Assembly (NCBI RefSeq): GCF_032062105.1
Contig: NW_026929195.1
Coordinates: forward strand, 124,001 to 188,000
Origin: Saccostrea cucullata
Taxonomy: Eukaryota
Direction: 5' to 3'
Length of the DNA stretch: 64,000 nucleotides
This document shows, piece after piece, positions 62,861 to 64,000 of the stretch. How positions within the stretch are numbered: position 1 is the first letter of the stretch; the number at the start of each line of letters is the position of its first letter. Made by a program: the position numbers and the translations under genes. The notes below the pieces were generated by a model that saw only the letters and a program-made list of their open reading frames with translations, ran no database searches and was not told the origin of the DNA.

Positions 62861-63222
62861 TAAGAGAGGATGTTATACATTGATATAAAAATAATTTGAG
62901 AAAAGTATAGGGAATTTGCTAAATTAAATGTATAGATAAGAACACCATAATATTAAAAATGGATAAGATTCAAATAATCTATAGAATCTAACAAATACAA
63001 ACGAGTTTACTTACTTATTTGAAGGAAAGGAGAGCCACAACAATCATCCCTGAATTTATAAATTTGTACTGTATGATTATTTATGGAACTGAGTAGAATG
63101 GAAAATTAAGTGCATTTCACGTTATCGTATATCTAAAATTCATGATTACCACCAAAGCATACTTAACATGTTTATGATAAAATCAAGATGAAAGACTTTA
63201 AATCCATAAAGTTTAACACATA

Positions 63223-63243
63223 CACACACACACACACACACAT
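63223..63243. repeat. (CA)n microsatellite
   Basis: Read directly. Confidence 0.9.
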
Positions 63244-64000
63244 AATGAATATTTTTGTTTATATATGACGTTTTCCTAATTTTTTGAATTGTTTTGTTGT
63301 TGAACATTTGTCAGCCAAATATCTGTGATGGATACTAATAAACGTATGAAAGATTATTACAATGTACTGCAAATATTTGAAAAGTGCATAAGAAGCGAAT
63401 CAAACACCAAAATTAAGAAAAGTATTTGTTGAATTAAACATTTTCTGACAGCTGAACATTATAGCAGCTTCCTTTTTCTTTCCAGGTTGAATTATTATGC
63501 ACATATTGACTAGAAAATTAAATTACCTTAACAATACCTAGGGGGTTTTTTTTTTTTTGCACTGGTCGTTTTCAGCAAATGATATGATGCATGTACATCT
63601 TGTTTACGATTGATTAAGCTTTTGCTGAAATTGTTTTTGTAACATTGTGCATTGTTGGTAGTTTCTATAGTTACAATACAATTTTTGAATAAAAAAAGTT
63701 AATTAATTGATTGTTCAAGATTTAACTATTCCCCACATCTTCCATGTATTTCCCACTGTGCTTTTGATCAGATTTAAATTTTAATCCTGCAGGGTCCTCT
63801 TGCATTGTAGGAAACAAAAAAAAGTTCATCGCCGATCTTCGCTCATAACGTTCAACGTTGTCCAAATATGATTATCTTTACTCCACTTCGTAGACCTATC
63901 TTTGTCGATCCTGAAATGAAAATGTTATCAATATGTTATTTAATTTATCAACTACTTTTCTCTGAATGTTTTAGTTTCACTTCTATTTAGTTATACAGAA

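Overview
This is eukaryotic, AT-rich genomic DNA, most likely from a bivalve mollusc such as an oyster (inferred from the repeat families), with one 132-N assembly gap. The only confident protein-coding region is a single-coding-exon rhodopsin-class GPCR of the myosuppressin-receptor/dmsr-1/FMRFamide-receptor-like family (60852-62021, +). The remaining ~60 kb is intergenic or intronic and dense with mobile-element remnants. About 20 5'-truncated pieces belong to one Penelope-like retroelement family whose RT is C-terminal (Naiad-type). Most pieces carry the same ~100-nt 3' segment, which can fold into a pseudoknotted structure. Also present are two tRNA-headed SINE families with a shared 3' half, several MITEs with clear TIRs and TSDs (TA, TTAA, TTA, 6-bp), Helentron-like elements with ~161-bp satellite units, and short palindromic elements. 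Best leads: (1) the conserved structured 3' RNA of the Penelope-like family; (2) a satellite-bearing insert flanked by a perfect 45-bp duplication; (3) a 29-aa signal-peptide-like micro-ORF starting exactly at a splice acceptor; (4) a 2.5-kb foldback-like element with a 6-bp TSD; (5) a three-level nested insertion. Family names come from motif recognition, not database searches, and the boundaries of decayed copies are approximate.
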